From Lama glama (lineage: Eukaryota), in assembly GCA_028534125.1 (NCBI GenBank), contig CM052818.1, forward strand, positions 43,836,001-43,900,000: a stretch of DNA of 64,000 bases. Direction: 5' to 3'. The notes beneath the pieces are model-generated. The model was given only the letters and a program-made list of their open reading frames with translations, was not told where the DNA came from and made no database searches. Below are positions 13,501 to 26,499 of this stretch, in pieces. Position numbers and translations under genes: made by a program. The stretch's first letter is position 1, and every line of letters begins with the position of its first letter.

Positions 13501-13842
13501 TACGCGAGGCACAGAGCGAGAGGGAGAGACGGCTCGGCCCATCTCCAAGTGCAGGATTGGAGTCCAGAGGGATCACTAGCGGTTGTAAATCAGATCACGG
13601 AATCAGGTGGGACAGAGTTCGGAAGGAAAGCACACCAGGAACCAGAGAAGGGACGGTCTGTCTGTCCTGGGCTCCGTGGCTTACCTGCAGGTGCCGTCCA
13701 GGGCGCATGGGTAAGTCCGCCTTTAGTGGATGAGCTCTCTAATGTGCCAGTGGCAGGGAGATCGACTCAAGAAGGTACCACAAACCTTCTTGTTATGAGG
13801 CAAGAAGTGTATTTCAGAAGGCACGGCTAGCATTGTCTTAAT

Positions 13843-14342
13843 NNNNNNNNNNNNNNNNNNNNNNNNNNNNNNNNNNNNNNNNNNNNNNNNNNNNNNNNNN
13901 NNNNNNNNNNNNNNNNNNNNNNNNNNNNNNNNNNNNNNNNNNNNNNNNNNNNNNNNNNNNNNNNNNNNNNNNNNNNNNNNNNNNNNNNNNNNNNNNNNNN
14001 NNNNNNNNNNNNNNNNNNNNNNNNNNNNNNNNNNNNNNNNNNNNNNNNNNNNNNNNNNNNNNNNNNNNNNNNNNNNNNNNNNNNNNNNNNNNNNNNNNNN
14101 NNNNNNNNNNNNNNNNNNNNNNNNNNNNNNNNNNNNNNNNNNNNNNNNNNNNNNNNNNNNNNNNNNNNNNNNNNNNNNNNNNNNNNNNNNNNNNNNNNNN
14201 NNNNNNNNNNNNNNNNNNNNNNNNNNNNNNNNNNNNNNNNNNNNNNNNNNNNNNNNNNNNNNNNNNNNNNNNNNNNNNNNNNNNNNNNNNNNNNNNNNNN
14301 NNNNNNNNNNNNNNNNNNNNNNNNNNNNNNNNNNNNNNNNNN
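13843..14342. other. Assembly gap (500 N)
   Basis: Run of exactly 500 N. Confidence 0.99.
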
Positions 14343-14869
14343 AAGTATGTGAGTATTCTCCTGTGTCTCTGGGGAAGGCTTGAAGGCGTATCTGCCGTAA
14401 AAGCCAACGACAACGATGGCAAAAGAAATCCAAAACTAGTCTGGAGTTTGCTGATGGTTCTGGTTCTCCTTCTGCTCCGTGAGTTGTTCACCAGTGGGTA
14501 CCAGGCCCCTGGCGGATGGCCAGTGGGTGTGAGGATGGATTCCTCTTCTCTGCCACGTGTTTCCTAGACAAGGGACCTTTTCCGAGCTCCCTTGCTTGTG
14601 GGGGGCACGTTGACTAGGATCAGTCCTGCTGATCCTGGTGTTCTCAGTGAGAACCCTCTGCCCCGAGACACACGCCCAGCCAGGAGTCCGCCTGCATTCC
14701 CAGCCCCAAACTGTTTGAATTTCCCATTCCCCAGAGGCAAGAGGGGAGATTGTCCTAAAAAAATAGTATAACTAACCAATGCAACTCAAATCCACATCAG
14801 TGGGTGTAAGCATAAAAGTACGGGTTTTCTGTTATCCCACGGACGTCATTTGGTAACAAAATCACAAGA

Positions 14870-15075
14870 GTTACCATTCGCTGAGCACCTAAGCTGTGTT
14901 AGTTTCTTACTAGATACTTTACAGACATAACTGAAAAGCTGGTATCATTACCTTCAGTCTTTACTTGCTTTAAACATGAAGACACTGGGGCTTACGCTGG
15001 TGGCGTAACTTTCCCAGAGCCACACTCAGGAAAGCATCAGAGCCGGGATTTGAACCCAGCTGCTTGACCGCTAGC
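14870..15075 (-). mobile_element. MIR SINE
   Basis: 'taccattcgctgagcaccta...taactttcccagagccacac...agagccgggatttgaacccag'. Confidence 0.75.
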
Positions 15076-16139
15076 CCTTGGCATGGGGGTGGAAGACACT
15101 GATTTGCCTCAAGCTCCCGTGAACTTACCTTCTGTGCCACGCGTGGGAGCCCCCCCAGACTCAGAGGCACAATAGCTCACTACTCTCGCACAGCCTGGAC
15201 TAGAATTTCTCACGCAGGGCTATCTTAGACCGGAGGCAGACATTCTCCGTGGTAGATCGGTCTCTTTGGTTCCTTCAACTCAGTAGCTTTGTCAGGATCC
15301 CAGACTCATCAGGGAGATGCGAAATGCCAAACCTGGGTGCCACACACTCCAAGGCCCTGACTCTGCTGCGCTGCAGCCATGTTTCCATTCGAGCCACTGT
15401 GCCAGTGATACATGGTTTCTGGTCCTTAGAACAGTCTCAAGTGAGTGTTGCCGTTCCCAGTTCACTGCCTCAGAGAGGTTGCGTCATTTTCCCCACGTGC
15501 AGTCAGGAAGCAGGGCTGGGGCTGAGATGGTGGAGAGGGTTTTGCCTTCACTTTTCCCAGTACATCCAGATATTGTTCCAGGCCTGGAACACACCTCGGT
15601 CCTTCTCTGCAGACTGACTTCACTTCCGCCCCAGGGGATGGGAGCCGAACTGGCTGGTTGGAACCATCAGCCAGGAATCACAGTGGGAGCCTTATGGGTT
15701 TTTTCCCCTAAAACAAGGATCTAAGGGGGACAATAGTCATAGCTATGATGAATATTCATAGGAAGTCATTTTCTGGCTCAAAAAGTAAAATGAAAGGAAA
15801 TGGAGCTGTTGCAAACAGTGAGCGCTTACTGCCGTGCATTGGACTTGCACAGGACCTCTTTCTGTATTTTTCACAAAACACTGGCGTTCACTGTCGTATT
15901 GCTATAGTCGACCCTGGGGAACTAAAAATCACATGGGCTGGTGTAGGAACCAGAAGGAATCTGCAAATGTTAATGTTGCTGCGTTCATCACTTGGGAGAA
16001 ATAGCCAGAAATCCCCAAATGCAGATGTGAACAACATCGTTAGAGTAAGTTTGGGGCACATCAGCCTCTTCCCATGTTGGGAGAGACCTTGAGGGCATAA
16101 ATGCTCTTTGCTGTTGAAACTCCTCTAAAAGAGCTCCAG

Positions 16140-16390
16140 TGTCATGATAACCTTGGAGCTGGGTCCAAGCCTTTAGGCTGTTCCCTCGCTCTGTGTGCTT
16201 GGCCAAGGTGGTTGACCTCTCTGTGCCTCCGCTGCCGGGATTAAAGTGTTTCGCAACTAGAGCGGGCTCTCGAAATCATCTGATCCGAGATTCTTATTTT
16301 AGATGAGAGGAAACTGAAGCTCAGTGAGATGAGAGCTTCCCAGAGTTCCCACAGCTGCCCGGCCAGCATGAAAGCTGTGCTTGAGGCCGG
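16140..16390. mobile_element. Two MIR fragments in opposite orientation
   Basis: Plus-strand 'gacctctctgtgcctc', then minus-strand 'ttttagatgagaggaaactgaagctcagtgag'. Confidence 0.6.
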
Positions 16391-18629
16391 ATTTCTGCCC
16401 ACCCCAACCCCCACCCCGATCTGCAATCCTTTGCTCCGACACCCTCCTGCCACACACAAACTTGGCAACGATTCCATTCATCCTTCTGGGTAAATAGAAC
16501 AAAATTTATCCAACTCGTTCTAATGGCAACCTGAGCCGTAATGATTTCAAATCTATTTTTGCACTTTCTTGAAATTAGAGACAGCCTGGATGTGCCTCAG
16601 ATTTTCTTTCTTTCTTTCTTTCTTTTTTTTTTTTTTGGACACGATGCTAAATCATTATCTAAATGAAGTTTCTTTTGGTTACAAGATTACAAGATAAAGG
16701 GAATTCTGGGATGATTATGGAGGTGAACAGAGAGCAGAAGGAAGTGATAGAAATCCTATCGCATGAAAGGCATGAACCAGTCTGGCTTCAGAGAATGCAG
16801 GACATTGTGAATGTCATCCTCCAATCACCGACTCCAGGAGAAAGGTGAAAAGATTAACCTGAGTTGCTACACACCTGGATCAATCCGGACAGGGGCGGAG
16901 CGCAGATGCACTTCTTGGAGGCTGTGCATGGCTTCACCTGTCTCACCTCCACATACTCTCAACACTCGTGCTGACCCAGGGTCCTTCTGGGGTCATCCCC
17001 TCTCTCCATATCCCTCATGCGTAAGCATCAGTGAGATACTCAGATCATCAGACTCCAGGAGGTGAGGGACGATGAAGAATAAGAAACACCCTTCTGTGCA
17101 TCTCAAATTAACCCTCCAGTGAGATTCTGGGAAGACCCAGGAAACATAATTTGTCTGCTACCCTGAGAAGTGAAGCAGAAGCTTAGGAAAGGAAAGACCC
17201 TGAGGAAGCAAGCACCATGTCATGTCTCCGAACAGATTCAAAGAAATCTGAAAGGCCATCTAAACTAGAAACCCCTTCAGGGTTCTCTTTAAACATGGCC
17301 CCACTAAGAAGCCGTTAGCCAGTAGATGGTTTGCATTAGAGTAAGATCTCTACCTTCAAAACACTCCATCTGCTGCTGCTCAGACAGTAACAGTGGAAAG
17401 GAGCTCTTGTGACCACACTAAACTTGTCTTCACTTAACAGTCTTCATCGATCCTGATCCTCTCTCTTGAATCGTGTGGGACTTCTAATCCCTTTTCCAGA
17501 AGACTCTCCTCTGTGGTACCACTTACAAGGAGCGAGATGTGCGTGGCTGGTGTCATCGATGTGCAAGCAGTCTATTAAGTGCCCTTCGTTCTCATTTTTC
17601 CGTCACTTAAAGGAGTAAATGTCTTCAGGTAAAATAATTCCATACCATTCAAATATTCACAAGCAAATATCTCATCCCTCATTCCATTCTATGAACTTTG
17701 AAGTTACCAAATATTATAAATTGAACAATTTCAAAGAAAGTTGCACAATGGTATGTGAGATAGAAGGAAAAGAGGATTAAAGCCCTAGGCAGTTATAAGC
17801 AAGATTCCAGCCACTTGACTCCATAGTCCTGTCTTAAAGGAAGTTCTGGGTATTACCAGCCTAATAAAGATATCGTGCAACCAGGGTCACAAGCACCTCC
17901 TTCATTTGCATATTCAGTAGAGGGACTGCGCAATGTTCAGACGTTTCCTTTCAGATGTAGCTTAATGAAGGTATGAAAGCAGATTGCTTCCTGAGCAAAA
18001 ACTGGATCTAATAGTACACGATTCCACTTTTATCTATGTCCCTCCCCCCAAAAAGATGTTTTTAAACTGGAAAAAAAAATACTGAAGACAAGCAGTTTCT
18101 TTTAAAAACCTATAAAGTTTCTGTTTTTCAGAAACCATGATTTTCACCCAATTTTAAATGAATATAATTGTTAGTGTTTAACACACTATAAATTATTCAA
18201 TTTGGTGGTAATAAAAAGCTTAATAATACAAAAGATGCCTGAATAAAACTATCTTAAAATTGAAAACATACAATCTTATTAGGAAAAAACCCAACATTTT
18301 CTTCAATTGTTTGTTCCATTTTTATGCATCTTTAATTTTCTCTGAGTAACACAGAATAAACTAACCATTCAGAAATTGTTTTCCTGGAAAACTGACTATT
18401 GTAGTCCTTTTAATTTAACCCCAAAACCACATTTCTAACCTCTTGCTTCACTATGTACTTGATCTGATTCCTCCTTCATTCTGAATTCCCTGAGGTATTC
18501 CCTCCGCACGTCCCTAAACTGCCTATTTCAGGAGTGAGCATTCTTGCCTGAAATGTCTCAAAAACAGGTGCTAAAATCTCAGATATTCTTTTTTTGTTAA
18601 CTCTTTGTCTCAATTTCAACTTAATTCTT

Positions 18630-19471
18630 TGTGTGTTTCTTTTTTATTGAAGCATAGTTGATTTACAATGTCGTGCTAATTTCTGGTGTACAGCATAGTG
18701 ATTCAGTGAGAGAGAGATACACAAATTCCTTTTCATATTCTTTTTTGTTGTAGGCTATTATAAGGTATTGAATATAGTTCCCTGTGCTATACAATAGGAC
18801 CCTGTTGTTTATCTATTTTATATATAGTAGCATGTATCTGCAAATCCAGAACTTCCAATTTATCCCTCTCCACTCTCCACACACAAATCATAAATTTGTT
18901 TCCTAAGACTGGGAGTCTGTTTCTGCTTTTAAGTAAACTTAAAATAAGTTTACTTGTGTCATTTTTTTCAGACTCCACATGAGTAATATCATATGGTATT
19001 TTTCTTTCTCTTTCTGGCTTACTTCACTTTGTATGACAATCTCCAGGTTCATCCATGTTGCTACAGATGGCATTGTTTTATTCTTTTTTACTGGCCGAGT
19101 AGTATTCCATTGTATATATACACCACAACTTCTTTATCCAATCATCTGTTGATGGACATTTAGGTTGCTTCCATGTTTGGCTATTGTAAATAGTGCTACT
19201 ATGAACATTGGGGTGCCTGTATCTTTTATTTATAGGAATTAGAATTTCCTCCAAATACATGCCCAGGAATGGGATTGCTGGATCATACGGTAAGTCTATT
19301 TTTAGTTTTTCAAGGAATCTCCAGACTGTTTTCTGTACTGGCTGCACCAAACTGCATTCTTACCAACAGTAAAGGAAGGCTCCCTCTCTCCACACTTTCT
19401 CCAGCATTTATCATTTGTGGACTTTTTAATGATGGTCATTTTGACTGGCATGAGGTGATATCATTGTAGTG
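18630..19471 (-). mobile_element. 5'-truncated L1 (artiodactyl-type 3'UTR plus ORF2 C-terminus)
   Basis: ORF 19078-19350 ([19 protein letters not shown]...WKQPKCPSTDDWIKKLW..YTMEYY) is the L1 ORF2 C-terminus; 9-bp TSD ttaattctt at 18621-18629 and 19472-19480. Confidence 0.95.
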
Positions 19472-20663
19472 TTAATTCTTGATGGCTGATAACCTCTCTC
19501 TGGGCACTTCTTCTTGCCTAGAGGTTCTGAGGGATGTATGTAAGAATAACTTCCTTCAAAGCTTTCTACAGTGCCTGTCACAGAATGTGTATTTAATGAG
19601 TTGTCATTTAACAGACTCGTGCAACAGAGTGAAAGGCTTGTAACACTGTCCTGCAGAACTAGACATCTATCAGGGAATACCCCTTGCTCTTTTCAAGAGT
19701 GTATCTTGTGTCTGTTATTTCTACTTCTTGAGAAACCATCCGGGGAACAAAACTAAGTCTATTTCCGTATCTTGCTAAAGATCACTCTTGTGTAAACCAG
19801 CATGAGCTCTGGTTAAACTTTAGATGGTATATCAATTATAGACGTTCCAAGAATCACAACACAAAATAATTTATTGCTAGATTAATTTTGACACCTTTAT
19901 TTACAGTGTGAATTTCAAAGCGAATTTGATGTAGGGCTGTATTATCCATTGTCTTTCCAAAAATTGAATATATCTTGGAATTTCTTGATTTTAAACATCT
20001 CTTTTTAAAAAAGCTAGGAAGGTTAAATTCTCCTCTGCTCATACGCTTTTTCAGGAGATGTTTTATAGTTTAAGCTAATGACCCTCCCTGTATTTCTGCA
20101 GTAAAACAGTCAGTGATTAAAAAAGGTAAGAATGATTTCTTTGATTTGTAAATTAGTAACTGTCACTTAAGCAAGACATGGGCCTGACGGATTTACACAT
20201 ATGGAAAGTGTTCATTATCCCAAAAGCGACAGGACAAGAGATCTTCTGGTGATCTGTGGGGAATAGATTTCTAAAATAATACCACAAAGAATACATCATG
20301 ATGAAATAATGCACGGAGTCCATGAATGAAAACACATGTTATATATAGTGCTTTTTTTTAAATGCACATGCAACATTTAATACACAGGCCTCACAGACCT
20401 TCCAGAGCTGATGCTAAAGGGCTCAGATAAATACCTAGAGACCATCTTGTTTCAGTTGGATAAGTAAATAAAATAAACCACGTCATTTTCTTGCCTGAAA
20501 ATTACTCAGGTCATATTCTCTATTTTCAGCTTACCATTCATAATGTGACTATTTCAAATTATGCTCGGAGTATGTTAAGGAGGAAAAGCAACAATAGCAT
20601 AAAATCAATAAGACTAAATAAAAATCCTTGGGCTACATGGTAAGGAAGGTATATATGTATGTC

Positions 20664-20666
<3 letters not shown>

Positions 20667-20702
<36 letters not shown>
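20667..20702. repeat. (AC)18 microsatellite
   Basis: Perfect dinucleotide run. Confidence 0.97.
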
Positions 20703-20704
<2 letters not shown>

Positions 20705-21882
20705 GCGTGTGTTTCTCATGTATTAGAAACCCAGCTCCCACATCTGCTCAGTATTTGTAGCCTTAAAACCTCCAATCTCCAAATTTCATTTTCCCGGAAC
20801 AGAAATATCAGTGTGTCATTGACTTGGTTTTCCATGCTCCTTTAAGAAGGAAACTATGAAAACCACCAGGTGGGGAAGATGTCAAGGGGGTCCGGGTTGG
20901 CGTCTCCTCAGGGTCTTCCAGGAAAACTCTCAGAGAGCAAAGGGCAGAGAACCAGCCCACAGGCGCCCTCCCGGAGGAGAAACTCGATCGGAACCCACCG
21001 ACCTGGAGAGTGAGGGCTCTCTGATGGGGTCTGCATGCTTTCTTAGGAAAACCCAAGTTTCTTCGCAATCTGTCCTCTCTCTGCTTCTCAGGCCCATTTC
21101 CTGTCCTCCTCCCCATCTAGACGCTGGCCACGCTGAGGTGGCCGCAGCCCCCACGTCCGCTCTGGACATGCTGCTCCATCAGCCAGGATTCTGCTTCCAC
21201 TCTCCACCTCTGAGCTCATTCCTGCTCATTCTTCAGCGCTTCCTTTTAGGTATCACCTTTTGTAGAAAGCTCTTCCTAGCGCTTGAAGTGCCATGACGCT
21301 CCTCTGCTCCCATGACAAGAATTAAGAGTAAACAGGGGAGAAGAGGCTACATGGGAATTCCTGGGTCCGGTTTTTATTGACCGCCAACCTACCAACATGG
21401 GGTACGGACTGGTCTTTTTGGTTTAAATGTTCAGGGCAGGACTGGACTACATATCTACCCCCTACCAGAAAGTACTTTTCCTGAAAGAGCAGAGTTTTAT
21501 ACTTTCTTCCTCAGTTATATCAAATGGATGGTAAAAGCTAACCCCGAGAAATGTAGGAGCCAGTAGCGAGCTTACCTAGCTGCTCATGGGATCACTGAAA
21601 ACGCAGCTCTAACCTCAGAACTTCCTTTCACCCACAGCTGGACGACTGCTGTCGGCCTTGGCTGTCCTAATGGAACTGTCCATTGTGCCTGATTTATTCG
21701 GCCACTCTGTTCCCAGCCTCTCCCCTATGATCCATTTCCATACATGTAGCTACATGCCTGAAGTGACAGGCCATCAGGAGCAGAGGTCACTGCCCCACTA
21801 CAAGTCCGCTGAGCTGAACAAATGTTTCCTTAGTGCAACTGATTGGGAGGTGACCAGGACTCCGCCATATCGTGGTAACTAA

Positions 21883-22030
21883 TTGCTACTCTAAGTGTGG
21901 TCCCTGGGCCAGTACAATTGACATGACTTGTTAGAAATACAGATTCTCCGGCCTCTCCCTGGACCTGCTGGATCAGAATCCACATAATAACAGGATCCTC
22001 AGATAATTCTGATTGTCCATGAAGGGACGG
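21883..22030. mobile_element. MER5-type hAT-Charlie MITE
   Basis: 'gctactctaagtgtggtccctgggccag...cttgttagaaatacagattctc...gacctgctggatcagaatc'. Confidence 0.8.
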
Positions 22031-23769
22031 GAATGTGCGTGGTCACCAACTTTACGAACGGCTATCTAGGGGGCCAGAGCAGTCTCTGGTGGGTCAGGGC
22101 AGTCCTTTCTGAACCCACTTCGTGCCTGGCCAACAGTGGTCATAAATGCCTGCCCAGCTTTCTGCATGCCTAAGTCACAGGTCATCGTGACTACTGAGGC
22201 TGCTTGTTTTCGATGCCTCCACTGGAACCTGACTGATCTGTCGCAGGTAGATAGGCGAGGCACATTAGCATCTGAACATCTTCACACCAGTGGGCTTGTA
22301 GGAAGGTAATAAGGGATGGCAGCCCAGTCTGCAGGGGCGCTGGCACAATCAGTTTGTTGGATGGAGAGAACATTCCAGTTGGCAGCAAAAACAAGTAACA
22401 GGCATCTTCCTTTTCTAACTCCTCTGGAAACTGAGCTCCTCTGAGTTCTTCTGGACTGTTCTGTTCTCGCTCTCCCCTTTCCTGCTTTTTTTCTGTTTCC
22501 CCACCATCTGCAACCTGATCATTACCTTAAAACCTGTGACTCACTTCAGGGATTTTTGCCTCTCAAAATGGCCCCATTCTCTTGCCAGGTAGCTCAGCCA
22601 AGTCTACCATTTTGCGAGCAAACCCTCTTTCCTACATTCCATAACGTCAATCTGTGTCTCCCGTTTAAAACAGATTCCAAGTAAATAACAGTCTGTTTTC
22701 TTCAAAGTTCTTTCCAGGTTGGCGAGAAACTTTCTTAGTCTCCGTGTGACTCTTTCACTTGATTGGGGGGGAGGGGGGAGGGGGGGCAAGCACACTGATT
22801 TTGTTTTATGGAATGCTTGCTGTTGAAAGAGGTACAATGGGATTAAGTAACTTGTTTCCTGTGGTCACCGCCAGGGTTTTTTGGAGGCATCATGGATCAA
22901 ATAGAAGAATGGAAATGATGTAAATCCTGACAGGTCCGCCAAGATAGCTGCAACAGACACACAAAGGAAGTCCAGACGGCACCCAGGACAGCATCATGCC
23001 TGTGGGCTGGTGGTTAGAAAAGACGTCCCACAGGAAGGGATTGGAAATAATAATACTTTAATGACTTATTATGGGTTTATATATAAACCTGACTGTGCTG
23101 TGGCAAAAATAGCGGTCAGATAAATCAATTTTTTAATGGAAAATGTAACTAAAACAGATGATTCCTTTCCTGGAGATTGAATTTCTCCCAATTAAGATGG
23201 TTATTTCCATGTTGGGGTGTGGGGAGTCTTTCTAGATTAATGAGCGAAGTAAAATGTTATGAACAGGAAGGAGCCCACTCTGGGAAAAATAATTGAATGT
23301 GAACACAGTTAACGTAACCTGAAAGTTATGACCAGAGATTTCCTCTACGGTTTCAACCCAGGATCTTTTGCATTTCACTTGCCCACCCCTGCGGTCATTT
23401 CTATCCTCTGTTGCTTTCCAAGGGTGGAATCCTGCCTCTTCCACCTCCTCCTCTCCCGTGAATAATTTCCTCCTCGCAGGAAGACCATGCCAAAAAGTCT
23501 TCATGATTTCCATGACTTTGTTTCTTCATGTTCTATTGTAGTTTTCATTTCACCCTGGGGACTGCAACACCCAATTCCTGAACTGTTTTGTGATTTTCAG
23601 TGCGTGAGTTAGCACATGCTCTTTCCGAAGTTAAAGTTTTCCTTGGAAATCAACAAAATGGACGTTGTCTAGTTCATAAAGCTCCACAAACTCCGGATGC
23701 CTTTTACCTGGGGTCTGATTATGCAGAGATGCTGGGCTTTCCCTATGGGTGTAAGAGAAGTACATTTAG

Positions 23770-24010
23770 GCAGAAATAGGAGAACTGGGGTTCTGACTTC
23801 AGACAGATCATGGTTCAAATCCTAGATTCAATTTCTAATGATAGCGATTTGGTAAATCACTTATTACCTTTAAATCTCAGGACCATCATCTGAATATGTA
23901 AATAAGGACAGAATCTACTTAGAAGATTGTTGTAAAGATTAAATGAAATAGTTTCCCTACAAAATGGTTAGCACTGATTGGAGCTTAGAAACATTCAATA
24001 GATGTGAGTG
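23770..24010 (+). mobile_element. MIR SINE, near full length
   Basis: 'ggttcaaatcctag...gattgttgtaaagattaaatga...cattcaatagatgt'. Confidence 0.7.
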
Positions 24011-24159
24011 TTACTACCAGAAGCAGATTGCTAGTAATAGTAACATAGAGTGAACGTCTATGCCCCAGGTTTTAAACCAAGTAGGTTTGATTCTTTTGTG
24101 GCCTTTGGTAAGTAGCTCAAAACTCCAGTTTTTTTTTTTAACTTACAGAAGAGACAATC

Positions 24160-24464
24160 CAGTTATTCCTTGGTATCCACAGAGGATGGGTCCCAGAACC
24201 CCTGGGGATACCAAACTCTGCAAATGCTCAAGGCCCTCATATAATGGAGTGGTATGTACATATATTTACACACATCCTCCCATATACCCTGAATCATCTC
24301 TAGATTACTCACGATACCTAATGCAATGTAAATGCTATATAAATAGTGCACAGCAAGTTCAAGTCATGCTTTTTGGAACTTTCTGGAGTTAAAAAAAATA
24401 TATTTTTGACCCACGGTTTGTTGAATCTGCAGGTGCAAAACCCATAGATACTGAGGGCTGACTG
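24160..24464. mobile_element. MER2-type TcMar-Tigger MITE
   Basis: Terminal inverted repeats (TIRs) cagttattccttggtatcc / gatactgagggctgactg followed by TA; internal 'atcatctctagattact...atacctaatgcaatgtaaatgctat'. Confidence 0.9.
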
Positions 24465-25709
24465 TAATAACAACTCTGTCATTTTTTTCAGCTGGAGAGA
24501 AGCCTCACTAGGTTTTTACCACATACAGAGGGTTTAAATCATGATCTCATTATGTTCTGTGACATGTACTCATGAGTCATCCAGCAGAGAATAGGAGATA
24601 ATCTCAAAAATAAATCCAAAACAAAACGAAGAAGTGAATAACTGTGGGCCTCTGGCTATATTAAAGTTCGGAGGAGAATATAGTAAAGTTGGTAGGTGTA
24701 CTCCATACAGAAATGTATGACATGGTGTCCTGGACTGTGATTAGATGAAGACCAAAATGTGACATCAAACGTCCTAATGGCCAAAAATAAAAGAGAGGCA
24801 TGATCAGCTATAGAATCTGAAGTTCCCAGCAGGTGAAAATAGAACAAATACACAGAAGAAAACAATTGTTTGTTAGTTCATTTTATTTTTCTAATGTGAA
24901 AGGTGAGTGACTTTTGTTCTTCATTTGCTTGTTTTATTCTGCTCTCCTTTTGAGGCTCATTGCTGGGTCAGCACAGCGTTACATGATACTGTTGGAATTC
25001 TGTTGGTCCCTTAAGGTGAAGAGTATCACAGAGTCTCCCCAGCAGAAGTAAATTATCCCCAGAACAGGGAAGAGCTTCATTTTCCAGCTGGCGGGCAGCT
25101 GGTGTGCATGCTCGGCTTTTTGATGAATGGAGTCATTACATTATCTGTCTCCTGTATCCTAGACCACCCAGCACCTTCTTGGCGTTGTCTGTGAATGAGA
25201 ATAATGGCCCCTTTGTTAGGCTCGCCAAAGCAGTGCTTCTCCCATGTGACCCATTGAAGAACTCTTTCTGGGCTGAGCAATTTCCTCTCTGAGAGTGTGG
25301 CCTTTTTTGAGCATGGGAGTGCTGTCTGGAGACTAGCAGAGTATCCTGCTCCCCAAAGGCACTCAGTGAGAGTTTAGATCCCTACGCCTCTACGCCAGTT
25401 CCACCGCCAGCGTCGTCGACATCATAACATCATTCACTTTGATACCACTTATTGAGAACCTTCTGTGTACCAGATAAATTATGTACATTAATTTGGTCAA
25501 CAAGTCTAAAAGGTCTAATTCATATTTTATATACAAGATGGCCGAGAACCATAGGTAAAATAATCTCACCAAGAAAACACAGCAGGAAAAGTTCCAGAGC
25601 AGGAATTTCTACCCGAATTCTCAAGTCTATGCTCTTCCTGGGGAACAGTACTAATCCCATAGAATAAGACTGCTGAATGGAGCTCAGAACTCAGGAATCG
25701 CCATCTCTT

Positions 25710-25850
25710 TGCTCATTTATTCCATCAATATTTATTGTGTGCCTACAATGGACCGAATACTAATCAGGGCAATGGGGCGAGAAAGACATAAAAAGTGCTG
25801 TCTTTTGGAACGTATATTCTAAAGGTGGGGACAGACTATAAACAATTCAT
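25710..25850 (-). mobile_element. L2 LINE 3' end fragment
   Basis: 'tcatttattccatcaatatttattgtgtgcctac'. Confidence 0.65.
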
Positions 25851-26364
25851 TTGGTTTGAGGTCAGTTAACACATTATGTGGTTTTTTTTTTAAATGTTGT
25901 CTTATATAGTTCAAGGTTTTCTGCAGTCTTATCCCACTCAGAGCAGTGTCTTAAAGCAATGGTAATACATGTCCTGGGAAGTTATTCCACACTAATACCA
26001 CATTCATTGTAAAGATTATCAATGAAGCTGCTAACTTTAAATGATTCTTTGAGCAATATATTCATTTGTACTATTTTTCCCCCCAAAACATAACTAAAAT
26101 CTTCTTTTCTAGAAGCATTTCACTAAGCATTCTAGGTCCACAAAGACTGGTGAAAACAAGGCAATTACATCATTTTTGTGAGGATCAGGACAGCTGAGAT
26201 AGGAAGTTGTTCAGGTAACTTTAAGATGGAAATTCGTGAGAAAAAAATACAAATTTTTCCTTCAGTGGCTTAGAATCCCTTCCATGCTGATTTTTGTGAG
26301 CAGCAGTAACCTGGTAACGATAAATAATTTATGTTCTTTAAAATGGTAGGTTCCTGAGATTTGC

Positions 26365-26418
26365 TAAAAACAAGAGATGGCAATTTGTGAGTAAAAACAA
26401 GAGATGGCAATTTGTGAG
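26365..26418. repeat. Perfect 27-bp tandem duplication
   Basis: taaaaacaagagatggcaatttgtgag x2. Confidence 0.95.
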
Positions 26419-26499
26419 TTTCAGTTGCGTTGTTGCAGAGGTGATATTTTCCTTGGAATTTTGGTTTTTTGATGCTCCCTGTTCTACTCTGTAAACCAT

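Noticed and set aside
13723..14491. Long ORFs of 217-236 aa (and 193-225 aa at 51020-51773)
   Set aside because: Artefacts of translating through N runs.
19078..19350. ORF with clear protein homology (also 32190-32408)
   Set aside because: C-terminal fragments of L1 ORF2 in 5'-truncated copies, not host genes.
26365..26418. Direct repeats as a CRISPR-like array
   Set aside because: Only two adjacent copies, no spacers, eukaryotic context.
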